The position numbers were made by a program, and so were the translations under genes. Shown here one piece after another: positions 29,385-39,549 of a stretch of 64,000 bases of DNA (positions are counted from its first letter, which is position 1; each line of letters begins with the position of its first letter). Below the pieces are notes generated by a model. The model was not told where the DNA came from. It did no database searches and was given only the letters and a program-made list of their open reading frames with translations. Source of the stretch: a virus; the IMG/VR virus record IMGVR_UViG_3300036826_000567, positions 34,898-98,897 of that record. One strand, written 5' to 3'.

Positions 29385-29766
29385 GAGTTCTCCTAATTTC
29401 GTGGACCGGCCCAGCGCCGGGTGATTTCGAGGGGCATCCGCACACTGCGCCACTTGTGCCACCGTAGCAGCCGCAAGGTCGTCTGTGCCTCGTCGCGGGA
29501 CTGTCCAGGCATGAGATGGAACTGTCCGCGTGAGAGGAGCACAGGTGCACATTCCGCAAGGCGTTGGTCTGCGGTAGGCCGGGTCACCAGCATGGCTTAA
29601 CTCGCTTCCTGCGTACTCGCCCGTTGCCGCTCGGCTTCCTGCTGCAGCAGACGTACGGCCTCATCCAGGGTTGCTAGCGCCCGTTGTAGTAGGAGCAGTT
29701 TGAGAGTTGGAGCCAACTCATAGGGCTGATGTGCAGGGGGTGCATAGGGGCACGGATCGACGTGCA

Positions 29767-30255
29767 TCATGGTTCGCCTCGCTTTCGGGTCAGTCGTTCT
29801 ACAATTGCAGCCCACTGGTTTGGACGCCATATACCCGCCTCGACCTTCCCCGTGTGCTGCAAGAGTTGGAGCCATTGCTCTTGCTCAACCGTGGTCTTAC
29901 GGCGGTTATCTTTGAGCTCATATATCAGCACTTCGTCGCCATTGGTGAGCACCACATCGGGAAAGCCTAGCTCACTTTTGCGGCTGTCCCGCGTGTGGTA
30001 GCACTTCCAGCCGGTCATCTTGGCCAGCCGCCGTACTTTGGCGAGTAGTTCCTCTTCAGTTGTGCTATCAGGCAAGCACGGTGTCTTTGGCAAATCGACA
30101 TACGCGATAAACGGCTCCTCGGGCGCTGTGCGTACGGCAGTGAGGGCCACGCTAGGACGAGCCGCGAGATTGAGCCTGCCGTTGTGCCGCATACCTCCCG
30201 GTGCGAAGTCCTGATCCGTCAGGGTCCGTGTCCACTCCCAGCCACCTCGGCTCAT
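29767..30255 (-). CDS. VRR-NUC domain nuclease (phage Holliday-junction-resolvase-like)
   Basis: TEEEL..GWKCYHTRDSRKS..GFPDVVL..IYELK..EQEQWL. Confidence 0.85.
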   Translation of the reverse strand: MSRGGWEWTRTLTDQDFAPGGMRHNGRLNLAARPSVALTAVRTAPEEPFIAYVDLPKTPCLPDSTTEEELLAKVRRLAKMTGWKCYHTRDSRKSELGFPDVVLTNGDEVLIYELKDNRRKTTVEQEQWLQLLQHTGKVEAGIWRPNQWAAIVERLTRKRGEP

Positions 30256-30464
30256 GCCACCTCCTGCGTCAGGAGGCGCGCATCACGCAGGCCCAGCACG
30301 CGGGCGAGCTTGCCGAGCGTGCCCGACTGCGCGCGGTGCTTGCCGATGATGAGATGCCAGACCGTTTCAGGGCGTAACCCCGCCTGGCGCGCAACGTCTT
30401 GCACGCTGAAACCGCTCGCCTTGATGAGGGGCAAGAGCCGGGGGACGGGAAAGCCGGTGTTCAT
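30252..30464 (-). CDS. XRE/Cro-like HTH regulator
   Basis: SVQDVARQAGLRPETVWHL..LGKLARVLG. Confidence 0.8.
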   Translation of the reverse strand: MNTGFPVPRLLPLIKASGFSVQDVARQAGLRPETVWHLIIGKHRAQSGTLGKLARVLGLRDARLLTQEVA

Positions 30465-30510
30465 GAAAGTACCTTTCTTGTGGGGATGCGGGTCACATTG
30501 TAAGCGTGCA

Positions 30511-30831
30511 TCAGCCATGCTCCTTCTTGGCACCATTTTTCGATACCTGCGAGGGGAACCCGACGGGGCGATGAATGCTCGCATAGACTTCGCACTCTCG
30601 CAGAAATGCAGCAGAACAGAAGACCATCGGGTCCACGCCGAGATAGGCCGCGATCAGCACCATTTCGATGCGTCCCAGATCACGCTTGCCGAGTTCGACG
30701 CGTCGGAGCGTGCGCACGGACATGCGCAGATACCCGGCCATCGTCTCGCGGCTCACGCCATACTCGCGGAGAAGTTTTTCGAGGAACGGACCAAGAGCAG
30801 GATCGGAAACTTCCACTGTGGGAGCAACCAT
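30511..30831 (-). CDS. XRE HTH regulator
   Basis: GVSRETMAGYLRMSVRTLRRVELG. Confidence 0.75.
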   Translation of the reverse strand: MVAPTVEVSDPALGPFLEKLLREYGVSRETMAGYLRMSVRTLRRVELGKRDLGRIEMVLIAAYLGVDPMVFCSAAFLRECEVYASIHRPVGFPSQVSKNGAKKEHG

Positions 30832-31060
30832 AGCGCCTTCCTATATCCAGCGGACACATGAGCTATAGGAATGTCCTTGTGGGATCACAAATTGGTTTCT
30901 TTGCTCCTTTTTGTAGCCTATTATGAGGGCAAAGTAAAGAGGAATGCAATATCTTTATTGCCCCCTTGTTGTTTAATGGCACAAGTGCTATCCTTCCCGC
31001 GTGTTTGACAAAATTGGACGCATATTTGTCCATTTCTCAGGGGGGGGTAGCGAGTCTTTT

Positions 31061-31429
31061 ATGCCACACATGAAGCAGCAGGCCCTTGCGCGTGCCTTTG
31101 CGCACCGCCTCAAAACGCTGCGGCAGGCCCGGCAGATGAGCACTCATGCCCTGGCGGTGCGGGCCGGCATGAAGCGACGCCAAGACATTGAGCAACTCGA
31201 AAGTGGTGAGCATTGCCCCAACCTCTATACCGCTCTCATGCTCGCCATGGCTCTGGGCGTGCCGCTGAGCGCCCTCGTCCCACGAACGTATCTCGTCCCC
31301 GCTGGTCAGGCAGACGTGCCTCGGGTGATGACGTCCGTGCTGGCCCATTCCTCCGTAGACTGCGGACTCTGCGGGGAAGATGCACTGGATGAGGGCCTCT
31401 CCCCCAGCTTCTTGGACTATGGCTGCTGA
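31061..31429 (+). CDS. XRE HTH regulator
   Basis: RLKTLRQARQMS..LA..IEQLESGEHCPNL..LAMALGV. Confidence 0.8.
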   Translation: MPHMKQQALARAFAHRLKTLRQARQMSTHALAVRAGMKRRQDIEQLESGEHCPNLYTALMLAMALGVPLSALVPRTYLVPAGQADVPRVMTSVLAHSSVDCGLCGEDALDEGLSPSFLDYGC

Positions 31430-31680
31430 CGGGCGTTCGGTTCCTGCCCCTGCCCACACTGATGACAGAGCTGGTACTGCACACATCCCCCTTCCCGTAC
31501 GCAATAAAATCGGTACTCTGTAATCGCGAACGCCCGTAGAATCGTCTGTCCAGGCAGGCGCTTCCCACTGAGCGTCTCGCTCAGGATGCTGTGGGAGCAC
31601 CCCACCTCGGCGGCGACTTCGCGATGCGAGCGGGTGCCGATGAGGCGACGGAGGTAGGTACGAACTTGGTCGAGGGTCAT
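31417..31680 (-). CDS. XRE HTH regulator
   Basis: SHREVAAEVGCSHSILSETLSGKRLPG. Confidence 0.75.
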   Translation of the reverse strand: MTLDQVRTYLRRLIGTRSHREVAAEVGCSHSILSETLSGKRLPGQTILRAFAITEYRFYCVREGGCVQYQLCHQCGQGQEPNARQQP

Positions 31681-31757
31681 AGACTCCTTTCGTGAGAGAG
31701 TGAGTAAGATCGCTTCTTCTCTATCAACGTGCGCACACAGTATTATACATCTTTGCC

Positions 31758-31786
31758 TTGACATGCGGAAGCGGAAAGTGTAACCT
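31758..31786 (+). promoter_or_regulatory. Sigma70-type promoter
   Basis: TTGACA-N17-TAACCT upstream of AAAGGAGG and the ATG at 31806. Confidence 0.55.
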
Positions 31787-31805
31787 TACTGAGAAAGGAG
31801 GTGCG

Positions 31806-32081
31806 ATGGCCGAATCCATCGGATCACGTATCCGAGCGGCCCGACTCAAGTACGGCATGAGTCAGGCAGAGCTGGCTCGCCGGATCGGCATTTCGCCCAA
31901 CTCGCTGAATGAAATTGAACATGGCCGTAGCGAACCGCTGGCCATGCGCGTTGAGGCGATTGCCAGGGTGTTACAGGTGAGTACGGATGTCTTGCATGGC
32001 TTGAAGAAAGCTGAAGACGAGGACCAAGATCATCGAAGGGTCCCCCACACGCGAGCGCTCTGGAAAAGTATCCGCGTGTGA
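31806..32081 (+). CDS. XRE HTH regulator (CI-like)
   Basis: IGSRIRAARLKYGMSQAELARRIGIS..IEHG..IARVLQVSTD. Confidence 0.9.
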   Translation: MAESIGSRIRAARLKYGMSQAELARRIGISPNSLNEIEHGRSEPLAMRVEAIARVLQVSTDVLHGLKKAEDEDQDHRRVPHTRALWKSIRV

Positions 32082-32351
32082 GGGTAAGGATAGGCCACAA
32101 AGGGACTAGCCATGTCAAGTATTATACTACGATACGCCTATACCCCTGCAAGACCCACATCTATTTTTTGTTCCCGTATTTCTCGCTATTGGTGTCCGAT
32201 CGCAATCATCATGGGCTTGTGCACCAGCCTCATCGTGCGTCTCATGGTGGGGTAGGCGGTGATGGCGTTCTTCTGTCATGCGCTCTCGCGTGGGAGCGTC
32301 CTGTCCGGGCAGGTTTCCCGGTTGTCTATGTGTCGGTGTAAAGGAGTGTCT

Positions 32352-32792
32352 ATGGAGAAAGTATGGGCCGCAGCGTTGGTCGCTGCGATAGTGCTGGCAA
32401 CCTTCGCCATGGTGCCGGCGGCTCTGGCCAATCAGATCCAGGATGGCACGGTGGTGGATTTGAAGGGGGCCAATGATCTTGGCAAAACCTTCGACTTTTA
32501 TATCCGCAACTATGGCGTGCAAATCCTGGGTTCGGTGGTCGCGATTGGTGGCGCAACTCAACTAGGTTCGCGTCCAGGGGTTGCAACGGGAGGCATTGGT
32601 GGCGGCGTCGTCATGATGTTTATCCCGTCGATTATTGGCTCAGGCACCACCCAGGCCCAGGCGTTTGCGGGACGTCTCCTGGGGTGGTCGCCCCAGATGC
32701 TGATCCAGAGTGGTCAACTCATCATGGAAGCCTCGCTGATGACGATTGCGGCGAGGGTGTATCAACTCCGGCATAGAAGGAGCCTTGCGTAA
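32352..32792 (+). CDS. Putative conjugative pilin (TraA/VirB2-like)
   Basis: Signal-like leader ending PAALA, two hydrophobic helices, first gene of the tra operon. Confidence 0.5.
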   Translation: MEKVWAAALVAAIVLATFAMVPAALANQIQDGTVVDLKGANDLGKTFDFYIRNYGVQILGSVVAIGGATQLGSRPGVATGGIGGGVVMMFIPSIIGSGTTQAQAFAGRLLGWSPQMLIQSGQLIMEASLMTIAARVYQLRHRRSLA

Positions 32793-32793
32793 G

Positions 32794-33084
32794 ATGTGGA
32801 CCCCCTGTTCCCCGATCCTGGACGAGCCCGTCATGGTGGTGTTCTGGGAGTTTCGCGACTTCCAGATCATCCTCATGTCCCCGTTTCTGCTCTACTGGCT
32901 CGTTGGCCCCTTTCTCGGCTTTGGCGGGGCCCTGGCCTTTGCCGGCATCACGTACTGGTTCAAGCGGGGCAAACCATCAGGAGCGCTGCAACACCTGTTG
33001 CACGCGTGGGAGTTCTGGATACGGCCAGGGGGTCTGCTTCCGGGGGTCCTCTCCCCTTATCCGCAGAGGTATAGCCAATGGTGA
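32794..33084 (+). CDS. traL: TraL-like (VirB3-like) protein
   Basis: P.LDEP..VFWE..D, TM pair and KRGKP.G.LQH pattern; conserved gene position. Confidence 0.7.
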   Translation: MWTPCSPILDEPVMVVFWEFRDFQIILMSPFLLYWLVGPFLGFGGALAFAGITYWFKRGKPSGALQHLLHAWEFWIRPGGLLPGVLSPYPQRYSQW

Positions 33085-33269
33085 AAGCGTGTATTCTTCT
33101 GCTAGCGATGCTCTGTGCCGCATGGGCGTTCAGCGTCCTCCTAGATGAGGGGCAACGATGACTGATACGGTTTTATTTTTGATCGGTTCTCTCGTTGGCG
33201 CTGTCCTTGGCGTGGTGGGGTTCTATCTAGGGATATGGTCTGAGAGGCATGCCTCGCTGAGGGACACCG

Positions 33270-33872
33270 ATGATTAATACGCCTGACAGCCTCACGACGG
33301 TTGCGACACGCCAAAGCGTCAACATCTATCTGGTGTTCGCGGTCGCCATGCTCAGTGCTGGGGCGTTCCTGGCGATCTGTGGCCTGCTCTATGTCGCTCT
33401 CTGGCACCCGACGTATTTTGTGGCGTCGGGCACGCATGGGCCGGTACGGGCGAATGAACCCAGTGATGCCTTTCTCTTCGAGTTCGCCGAGCGCTGCGTC
33501 CACGACCGCTATACCTGGAGCTATCTGGATATTGAGCGGGCGCAAAAGAAGTTCCTGGCGTGTCTGCATCCTGCCATTCGTACGGACTATGAACGTAAAG
33601 TGCTCAAAGACGAGCAGAAACAAGCCCGCGAGTGGGAGGCGACGAGTGGCATTGTCCATCTCCAGACGTGGGAAGTGGAGCGCGACGGCCTGAACCGTCA
33701 TCTCAAAGTACGGGTGATTCGGCATCGCTGGTACAAAGGTACGCCCGATGCCGACGACATGACCGTGGACATGATTCTCGTCCCGCTCCTGGAGGGGGGC
33801 TGGCCAATTGACGTGGCCGTCTGGGGCTGGGCTGATGATAAGCCCCTCAAATTGACGGGGCAAAAGAAATGA
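33270..33872 (+). CDS. traE: TraE-like T4SS protein
   Basis: Single N-terminal TM plus periplasmic domain; position between traL and traK. Confidence 0.55.
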   Translation: MINTPDSLTTVATRQSVNIYLVFAVAMLSAGAFLAICGLLYVALWHPTYFVASGTHGPVRANEPSDAFLFEFAERCVHDRYTWSYLDIERAQKKFLACLHPAIRTDYERKVLKDEQKQAREWEATSGIVHLQTWEVERDGLNRHLKVRVIRHRWYKGTPDADDMTVDMILVPLLEGGWPIDVAVWGWADDKPLKLTGQKK

Positions 33873-34636
33873 GGAGTCGTGTGCGTTCTCGCGTTGCTCT
33901 CAGTGTGCTATTAGTGCTCTTGCAGGTGCTCCCCGTGGCGGCGAAGCGCACGATTGCGCTGGAGGAACCCATCAAGATCCGTCTGGAGATTGAGCAAATT
34001 ACGGGCGTGATCTTTCCGGAACCGATCTCCTCGGCGACCCGCATCCTCCCCAAAGAACGCATGGAGGTCGGCGAGCGCGGCGCGTTGTTGTTCCTCGCGC
34101 CGTATGATCCGACTATCCCCAAGGGTCGCATGTTTGTCGTGGGCCAGCAAACGGGCACCGTGTATCCCGTCTATTATGAGCTGGTGGCGACGAAAGGGGA
34201 TGATGAAGTCTACATCTCACGCGCCACACCCACCGCCAAAAAGACTGATGCGACGCCGGAAACCCTGATGCGTGCGCTCCTTGCTGCCCCTCATGCGCCA
34301 CTAGCGCTGCCGGGGGTGAAGGCGCATGACAATCCGACGCCCTTCCTACCGGTTCCTCCCGCTGAGGATCTGCGCGTCATCCTGCGTTCCAGCCGTCTGG
34401 AGAGCGTGGGTGGGATGTATGCCTTGCGCGTTCAGCTGGAGAATGGGCTGGACATGCCCCTCATGCTTGATTACCGCGTTGGGCAGGTGAGCACGGCAGC
34501 GGGGACGTCTACCGTGGTCCTGGACCGCTGGGTGTGGCCACCCAAGTATGACCTGGCGCTCTTGGTGCTCGATCAGGACATCCTGCCGGCCCACGGCACC
34601 ACGACGCTCTACGTGATTTATAAGGAACGACAATAA
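33869..34636 (+). CDS. traK: TraK-like (VirB9-like) outer-membrane core protein
   Basis: Signal peptide; VIFPEPI; C-terminal 'ILPAHGTTTLYVI'. Confidence 0.6.
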   Translation: MRSRVRSRVALSVLLVLLQVLPVAAKRTIALEEPIKIRLEIEQITGVIFPEPISSATRILPKERMEVGERGALLFLAPYDPTIPKGRMFVVGQQTGTVYPVYYELVATKGDDEVYISRATPTAKKTDATPETLMRALLAAPHAPLALPGVKAHDNPTPFLPVPPAEDLRVILRSSRLESVGGMYALRVQLENGLDMPLMLDYRVGQVSTAAGTSTVVLDRWVWPPKYDLALLVLDQDILPAHGTTTLYVIYKERQ

Positions 34637-35892
34637 TGCGGCTACGGTTGCCGGTCGGGCTCTCGACGAATCTCCCGGCCTTTCTGCGGAAATACCTCGG
34701 GGCCGCTATCGGCCTCGGGGCCATGCTCATGTTGGTCCTCCTGAAATTTGTCTTTCCCTCAACGCCTGTCACGCCCGTGCAGCAGTCGCTCAAGATCAAG
34801 GAACCGCAGCAGATACGCTCGCAGCTCAAGGACGAACAGCCATTGCAAGCTCTGGTGGAAAACCAGCGCCGGCTTGCAGCAGACCAGGCCGACGTGCTCA
34901 AGAATGTTCAGCAGGAAGTACAGGCATTACGAGCTGAATCAAAAGAGGCCCGGCAAGAGCTGAAAAACTACAAGGAGCAGTCGGCTGAGAAGGAAGCCCG
35001 ACTCCGCGACCAGTTCAACAAGGAAGTGGCTGCAGCCCGCAAGCGGGCCAGTGAGAACGCGTCGAAAACTGCCGCAGCAACCCAGACCGTCAAGGTAGAT
35101 CCGGCACGGACGGCACCCTCGCTTCTTACTCCGAGCACTCCGTTTGCTCCAAATGGTCGCTTTAAACTTGAAACGCTGGACGCGAAACCTTTAACGACTC
35201 CGACGCCCCTGCCGCCTGTTGGCGGCTATGAAGAGACAGCCTATCTGTCGATAGGCTGTCACGCTCAGATCAAATTTGTCAGTGGCACGCTGGCGAGTAG
35301 CCATGCCGGCGAAGAGTATTTCAATGACTACGTGCTCTTCACCATCAACCAGACGTTTCATTGTCCCATGCGGCTGGGCATGCCTGGCGCCCTCCCGACG
35401 CCGACCGGCATTGATGCCGCCGGGTGTCTCGGCCTGGCGCGGGCCAAGGCCGATCTGGCCAAGGGGCGCGTGCAGATGCGGGCCGAGTATCTGTCGTGTG
35501 TCGGACCCGATGGCGCTGCGTATGAGCCCCAAATCAAGGGGTTTGTGCTCGACGAGGACGGCACCCAGGGCGTCGTAGGCGAGCTCATCAGCTACGAAAG
35601 CGCTAAGGTGGGCAAAGCGTTTATCGCGGGCTTGATCCAGGAAGCGAGTGCAGCCTTTGGTCTCGCGAAAAGTCAGATTGTGGTGACGGATCGGGGCTTA
35701 GGAGGCTCGCAGTTTCCCGGCGCCGCGAGCCAGTCGATCATTCAACAGATTGCGACCTATTGGCTGACGCAGGCGCAGGCGCTTCAGCCGGTACTCTGGG
35801 TGCATGCTGGCGGCAAGGGCTATCTCGTGCTGCAGCAAGGGCTGCCGCTGCATGGGTATCCTGTGGCAGCACTGGTGAAGGGAGTCTCATGA
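34636..35892 (+). CDS. traB: TraB (VirB10-like)
   Basis: TM, coiled coil, Pro-rich linker, then GC..A.ADL...RVQMR..LSCV..IKGFVLDEDG..GVVG TrbI-type domain. Confidence 0.85.
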   Translation: MRLRLPVGLSTNLPAFLRKYLGAAIGLGAMLMLVLLKFVFPSTPVTPVQQSLKIKEPQQIRSQLKDEQPLQALVENQRRLAADQADVLKNVQQEVQALRAESKEARQELKNYKEQSAEKEARLRDQFNKEVAAARKRASENASKTAAATQTVKVDPARTAPSLLTPSTPFAPNGRFKLETLDAKPLTTPTPLPPVGGYEETAYLSIGCHAQIKFVSGTLASSHAGEEYFNDYVLFTINQTFHCPMRLGMPGALPTPTGIDAAGCLGLARAKADLAKGRVQMRAEYLSCVGPDGAAYEPQIKGFVLDEDGTQGVVGELISYESAKVGKAFIAGLIQEASAAFGLAKSQIVVTDRGLGGSQFPGAASQSIIQQIATYWLTQAQALQPVLWVHAGGKGYLVLQQGLPLHGYPVAALVKGVS

Positions 35893-36080
35893 TGCGCGTG
35901 GTTCGCAAGATTGGTTGGGTGCTCGTGTTTTGCTGGGCGCTTTTTGGCCTGGCCACGCACTATGCCAGCCAAGAACAGCTGACGGCTGTCGCCCTATTCG
36001 GCCAGACAGCGGTGTGTGTCTTGACGAGGAACCACACCCCAGGTTGTGTGCCCATCGACTTACTCTGGAGGAATCGCTAG
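35889..36080 (+). CDS. Small membrane protein
   Basis: AAGGGAG RBS; TM helix; coupled to traB and traV. Confidence 0.5.
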   Translation: MMRVVRKIGWVLVFCWALFGLATHYASQEQLTAVALFGQTAVCVLTRNHTPGCVPIDLLWRNR

Positions 36081-36544
36081 TGCTACGGTCTCTCATGCTT
36101 GTGGGTTGTCTTGGCTTTAGCGTCCTGGGGTGTACAGGCATTCTCCAGGATCATCCGGCAGACATGGTCGCCAACTCAACGCCTGATGCGGTGCTCAAGG
36201 CGGCCTCACAGCCTCCTCCCCCGCCGCCTCAACCTGCGATCGACGTGACACAGGCCCGTCGGGTGGGGTGGGTGCCACGGCATGCGACCCCTGCCGGGGA
36301 TGTCGTCGAGGGGCATGAGATTGAGATTGCGCTGCGTCCGTCCACGCAGGAACAAGTAACTCCTGGGCTATTTGTGCCCCGTGCCCCAAAGTTTGCCACA
36401 CCCGCCACGGGAAGTCAGGGGAAAGGTTCTCGCATGATGGCGCCAGCGCCGCCGCCCCAGATGCCTCCGAATGACAGCGTCCCGCAGCCACTGCCCGTAC
36501 ATCCTTTGCTTCAGGGAGGTGTGAATGGCACTCTTACGCCCTAG
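36080..36544 (+). CDS. traV: TraV-like lipoprotein (VirB7-like)
   Basis: Lipobox VLGC; RRVGWVP....GDVVEGHEI motif. Confidence 0.65.
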   Translation: MLRSLMLVGCLGFSVLGCTGILQDHPADMVANSTPDAVLKAASQPPPPPPQPAIDVTQARRVGWVPRHATPAGDVVEGHEIEIALRPSTQEQVTPGLFVPRAPKFATPATGSQGKGSRMMAPAPPPQMPPNDSVPQPLPVHPLLQGGVNGTLTP

Positions 36545-39080
36545 ACATGGCAGTGCTCTGCCATCCTTTGCCCAGCATCTGCCCTACGATATGCCGATTG
36601 ACCTGGAGAACGGGATTATCCTGCTGCAGACGCCGCAGAGTCCGAAGCCGCGCTTTAGTCTGGGCTGTACCTGGTCGGCGGTCCCGGTCAACATTCAATG
36701 CCTCGATGAGGAGGAATGCCTGGCGCTTGGCCGACATCATGAGCAGCTCCTGCGCGGCATGCCGATTGGGTCGGCGGTGCAGACCATTATGACGATCTTG
36801 CCATCCACACAGATGCCTACCTGGGAAGCAGAACGCGCTGGGTTGCCCGAGAGTCAAATGCTCGCGGTCCAACGGCAGGCGATTGCCGAGGGCCTGCCGC
36901 ATAGCGCTGGGACCATGAAGGCGCGGCTGCGGGCGATCCCCCATCTCGTGACGTTGCGCTGGCCGCTGGCCTCGCTCGACCCTGAGTTGCCCACGATCCT
37001 GAAAACCTTACTGAGTCGGCCCCAGTCGTCGAGTTGGGCCTGTCAGGCGCAGTTGGCGGGCTCCCTGGCGCATGCCCACCAGTATTTTCTTGGTCTCCAG
37101 GATGCGATGGAAGGCACCTTGAAGGGGTTAGGGCATGACGTGACACGCTTGGATGTCGAAGCGCTGGGGTACGCGGTGGTCAAGGCACTTGATCCGATGG
37201 ATATGGCGGCCTGTCCCCCACGACTGATTCCTGAGCATCCCTTGCGCGGCCAGGTGCTGGCCATGCCCGAAGCGGAAAACATTGCGGGCGGCTGGCGCTT
37301 TGGCTATGGGCTTCCCTCCGGGGAGTTTGTCGAGCAATATCGCCATCAGCTCTTGAGCCTGCATCAAGTCCCGTACCGGACCTATCCTGGCATGCTCTCG
37401 GCCCCGCGTGCGCCCAAGGAAAGTAAGCCCATGGCCCTGTGGGACGCCTCCGAACGCCCGGTGACGGTCGTCGTCAATGCTGCGGTGGTTGAGCCCGCTG
37501 CCGAAGACTCGCGTCTCTTGCAAAAGTCCCTCCTCGCGGGTTTCCAGGCGAAGATCAGTAAGAAGAATCAGACGATCAAGGAGAATGTGGACAAGGTGCT
37601 CGAAGACCACATGATGTCAGGCTCCCAGACGGGATGGGCGCGGATTCATCTGGTCGCCTGGAGCAAGCCCGAGGAAGAACAGCGTGTGGTCGAACAGGTG
37701 CGCCGCAGTCTGCATCACTTCCGGCTTGCCTTTGCTCCTGAACCAACGCTGGGATCGACCCTCGCCTTGCAGGCCTTGCCGCTGGGGTTTGATCCGGACT
37801 GGCCCCCCGAGTGGGCCCTGAATCGGGCGCGCCGCTTTGACTCGCTGGAGCAGCTGAGCCACCTCCTCACGCTCTATGGTGGGCCGCAGGGCACGAAGCG
37901 GCATAGCATTCCGTACGTCAATATGTGTGGCGAAGGGATCGGCTTTAATCCCTTCGATAACCCGCTCAACCCCCATTTCAACATCATCGCCACATCGGGA
38001 GGCGGGAAGACGTTCGAGGTCAATCGCATTCTCAACCATATCATGCCGCTTGGGGCGATTCCCGTCGTCCTCGACCCTCTCCACAACTATCGGGCTGCTT
38101 GTGAATATCATGAGGGGGAACTCATTGTTCTCAATGCGAACAACCCGATCTTTATTAATCCCTTCTATGGCCCGCTGGACCATGCGCATGTGGATGCCCT
38201 GGCGGCGGGCCTCGGCGAGATGGCGGGGGGGGGGACGGACCGCCTGTCTTGGACGCAGTTTACCGTGCTGGGTCGTGCCCTTACGTACTTTGCGCATCAT
38301 TGGGACCTGCCCACCCGGGGCGAACCCATCCTCCAAGATTTCGTTGACGAGGTACTGGAAACAGGGGCCTTTGCCCCGGACAATGACGAGGCCCGTCTGA
38401 TTGCCAAAGACCTCTCCCTCAAATTGAGCCTGTTTTATGGCGATGGCATGTATGCCGGGTTTGTCAATGGTCGTAACAGTTTCACCCTGACCAAAAACCT
38501 CACCGTGATTGAGTTTGGGGAGTTGAATAATCAACACCTCCAGGGGACGTTGTTCTTCTTCATCTTCAACCTGGTCACCCAACGCTTCAAGAATCCAGCC
38601 TTGCGCCGCATCTGGAAATGCATTTTTGGCGATGAGCTCTGGAAGCTCCTCAAGTACCAATCAACGGCGAATGTCATGGAGGAAGTGATCCGGACTTACC
38701 GCAACTTTCGGGCGAGCGCCTGCTTTTTGTCGCAGCGGGCCGAAGACTGGAATAGCCCAGTGGGCCAGGTGATCAAGGGGATTGCGGAAAGCAATTTGTT
38801 CCTCAAGCAAGGCTCCGGGGAGCTGCCGTTGGTCAAAAAGCTGTTCGATCTCAGTGACGCGGAAGAAGACCTCTTTCAGTATGTGGGCAAATATGACACG
38901 TTCAACTCGGGCTTTCTCCGACTGGTCGACAAGAAAGGCGGTATCGTCCGCATGATTCCGAATGCCCTTGATTTCCTCTTGGCAGCCCAGACGCCTGAGA
39001 TGCAGGAGCGTCGGGATCACCTTGCCACGCTGGGTGATCGGCCCTTGTGGGAACGGATTGCGGAGGCTGTCTATGTCTGA
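36525..39080 (+). CDS. traC: TraC / VirB4 ATPase
   Basis: Walker A ATSGGGKT; INPF; Walker B FGDELW; RTYR..SQ; 851 aa. Confidence 0.93.
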   Translation: MALLRPRHGSALPSFAQHLPYDMPIDLENGIILLQTPQSPKPRFSLGCTWSAVPVNIQCLDEEECLALGRHHEQLLRGMPIGSAVQTIMTILPSTQMPTWEAERAGLPESQMLAVQRQAIAEGLPHSAGTMKARLRAIPHLVTLRWPLASLDPELPTILKTLLSRPQSSSWACQAQLAGSLAHAHQYFLGLQDAMEGTLKGLGHDVTRLDVEALGYAVVKALDPMDMAACPPRLIPEHPLRGQVLAMPEAENIAGGWRFGYGLPSGEFVEQYRHQLLSLHQVPYRTYPGMLSAPRAPKESKPMALWDASERPVTVVVNAAVVEPAAEDSRLLQKSLLAGFQAKISKKNQTIKENVDKVLEDHMMSGSQTGWARIHLVAWSKPEEEQRVVEQVRRSLHHFRLAFAPEPTLGSTLALQALPLGFDPDWPPEWALNRARRFDSLEQLSHLLTLYGGPQGTKRHSIPYVNMCGEGIGFNPFDNPLNPHFNIIATSGGGKTFEVNRILNHIMPLGAIPVVLDPLHNYRAACEYHEGELIVLNANNPIFINPFYGPLDHAHVDALAAGLGEMAGGGTDRLSWTQFTVLGRALTYFAHHWDLPTRGEPILQDFVDEVLETGAFAPDNDEARLIAKDLSLKLSLFYGDGMYAGFVNGRNSFTLTKNLTVIEFGELNNQHLQGTLFFFIFNLVTQRFKNPALRRIWKCIFGDELWKLLKYQSTANVMEEVIRTYRNFRASACFLSQRAEDWNSPVGQVIKGIAESNLFLKQGSGELPLVKKLFDLSDAEEDLFQYVGKYDTFNSGFLRLVDKKGGIVRMIPNALDFLLAAQTPEMQERRDHLATLGDRPLWERIAEAVYV

Positions 39081-39546
39081 TTTCAAGCTCTTTCAACTCG
39101 CCGCGATGGTCACTGGCCTGGTGCTGTTATGGCAGGTGCTGGCCTGGATCGCCAGGTCGCCGCAGGACCGTTGGGTGCAGTTAGCGACGATCGCTGAACA
39201 AGAACACCTCCAGTCCACACCGCCGCAGGCCCTGCTGGAGCAAGCCCGCTGGCTCCTCACGGCCCGGCTCCTGCGGCTTCGCGGGCTGAGCGTGGTGCTG
39301 GGTGTCGCACTGTTGATCGGTGCGGCCGAGGGTCTGGGCTGGCGCCGGACCGATGCGCGTGGGGGCTTCCGGTTTAGCCTGTGGGTCTGTGGCATCATCC
39401 TCTTTGTGGTGTTGGTGGGAGCACTGGCATTCTCGCTGGTGATGCCCTGGGCACTCCCGCTGACGTGGCAGGTGAGCGCTGGATTGGCGCTGTATGTGGG
39501 ACTGATGGCCTATTGCTGTGCGGCAGGACTGCCGCATCTGTCGTGA
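39073..39546 (+). CDS. ICE-type integral membrane protein (DUF4400-like)
   Basis: Four TM helices; 'LIGAAEGLGWRR' pattern. Confidence 0.45.
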   Translation: MSDFKLFQLAAMVTGLVLLWQVLAWIARSPQDRWVQLATIAEQEHLQSTPPQALLEQARWLLTARLLRLRGLSVVLGVALLIGAAEGLGWRRTDARGGFRFSLWVCGIILFVVLVGALAFSLVMPWALPLTWQVSAGLALYVGLMAYCCAAGLPHLS

Positions 39547-39549
39547 AAG

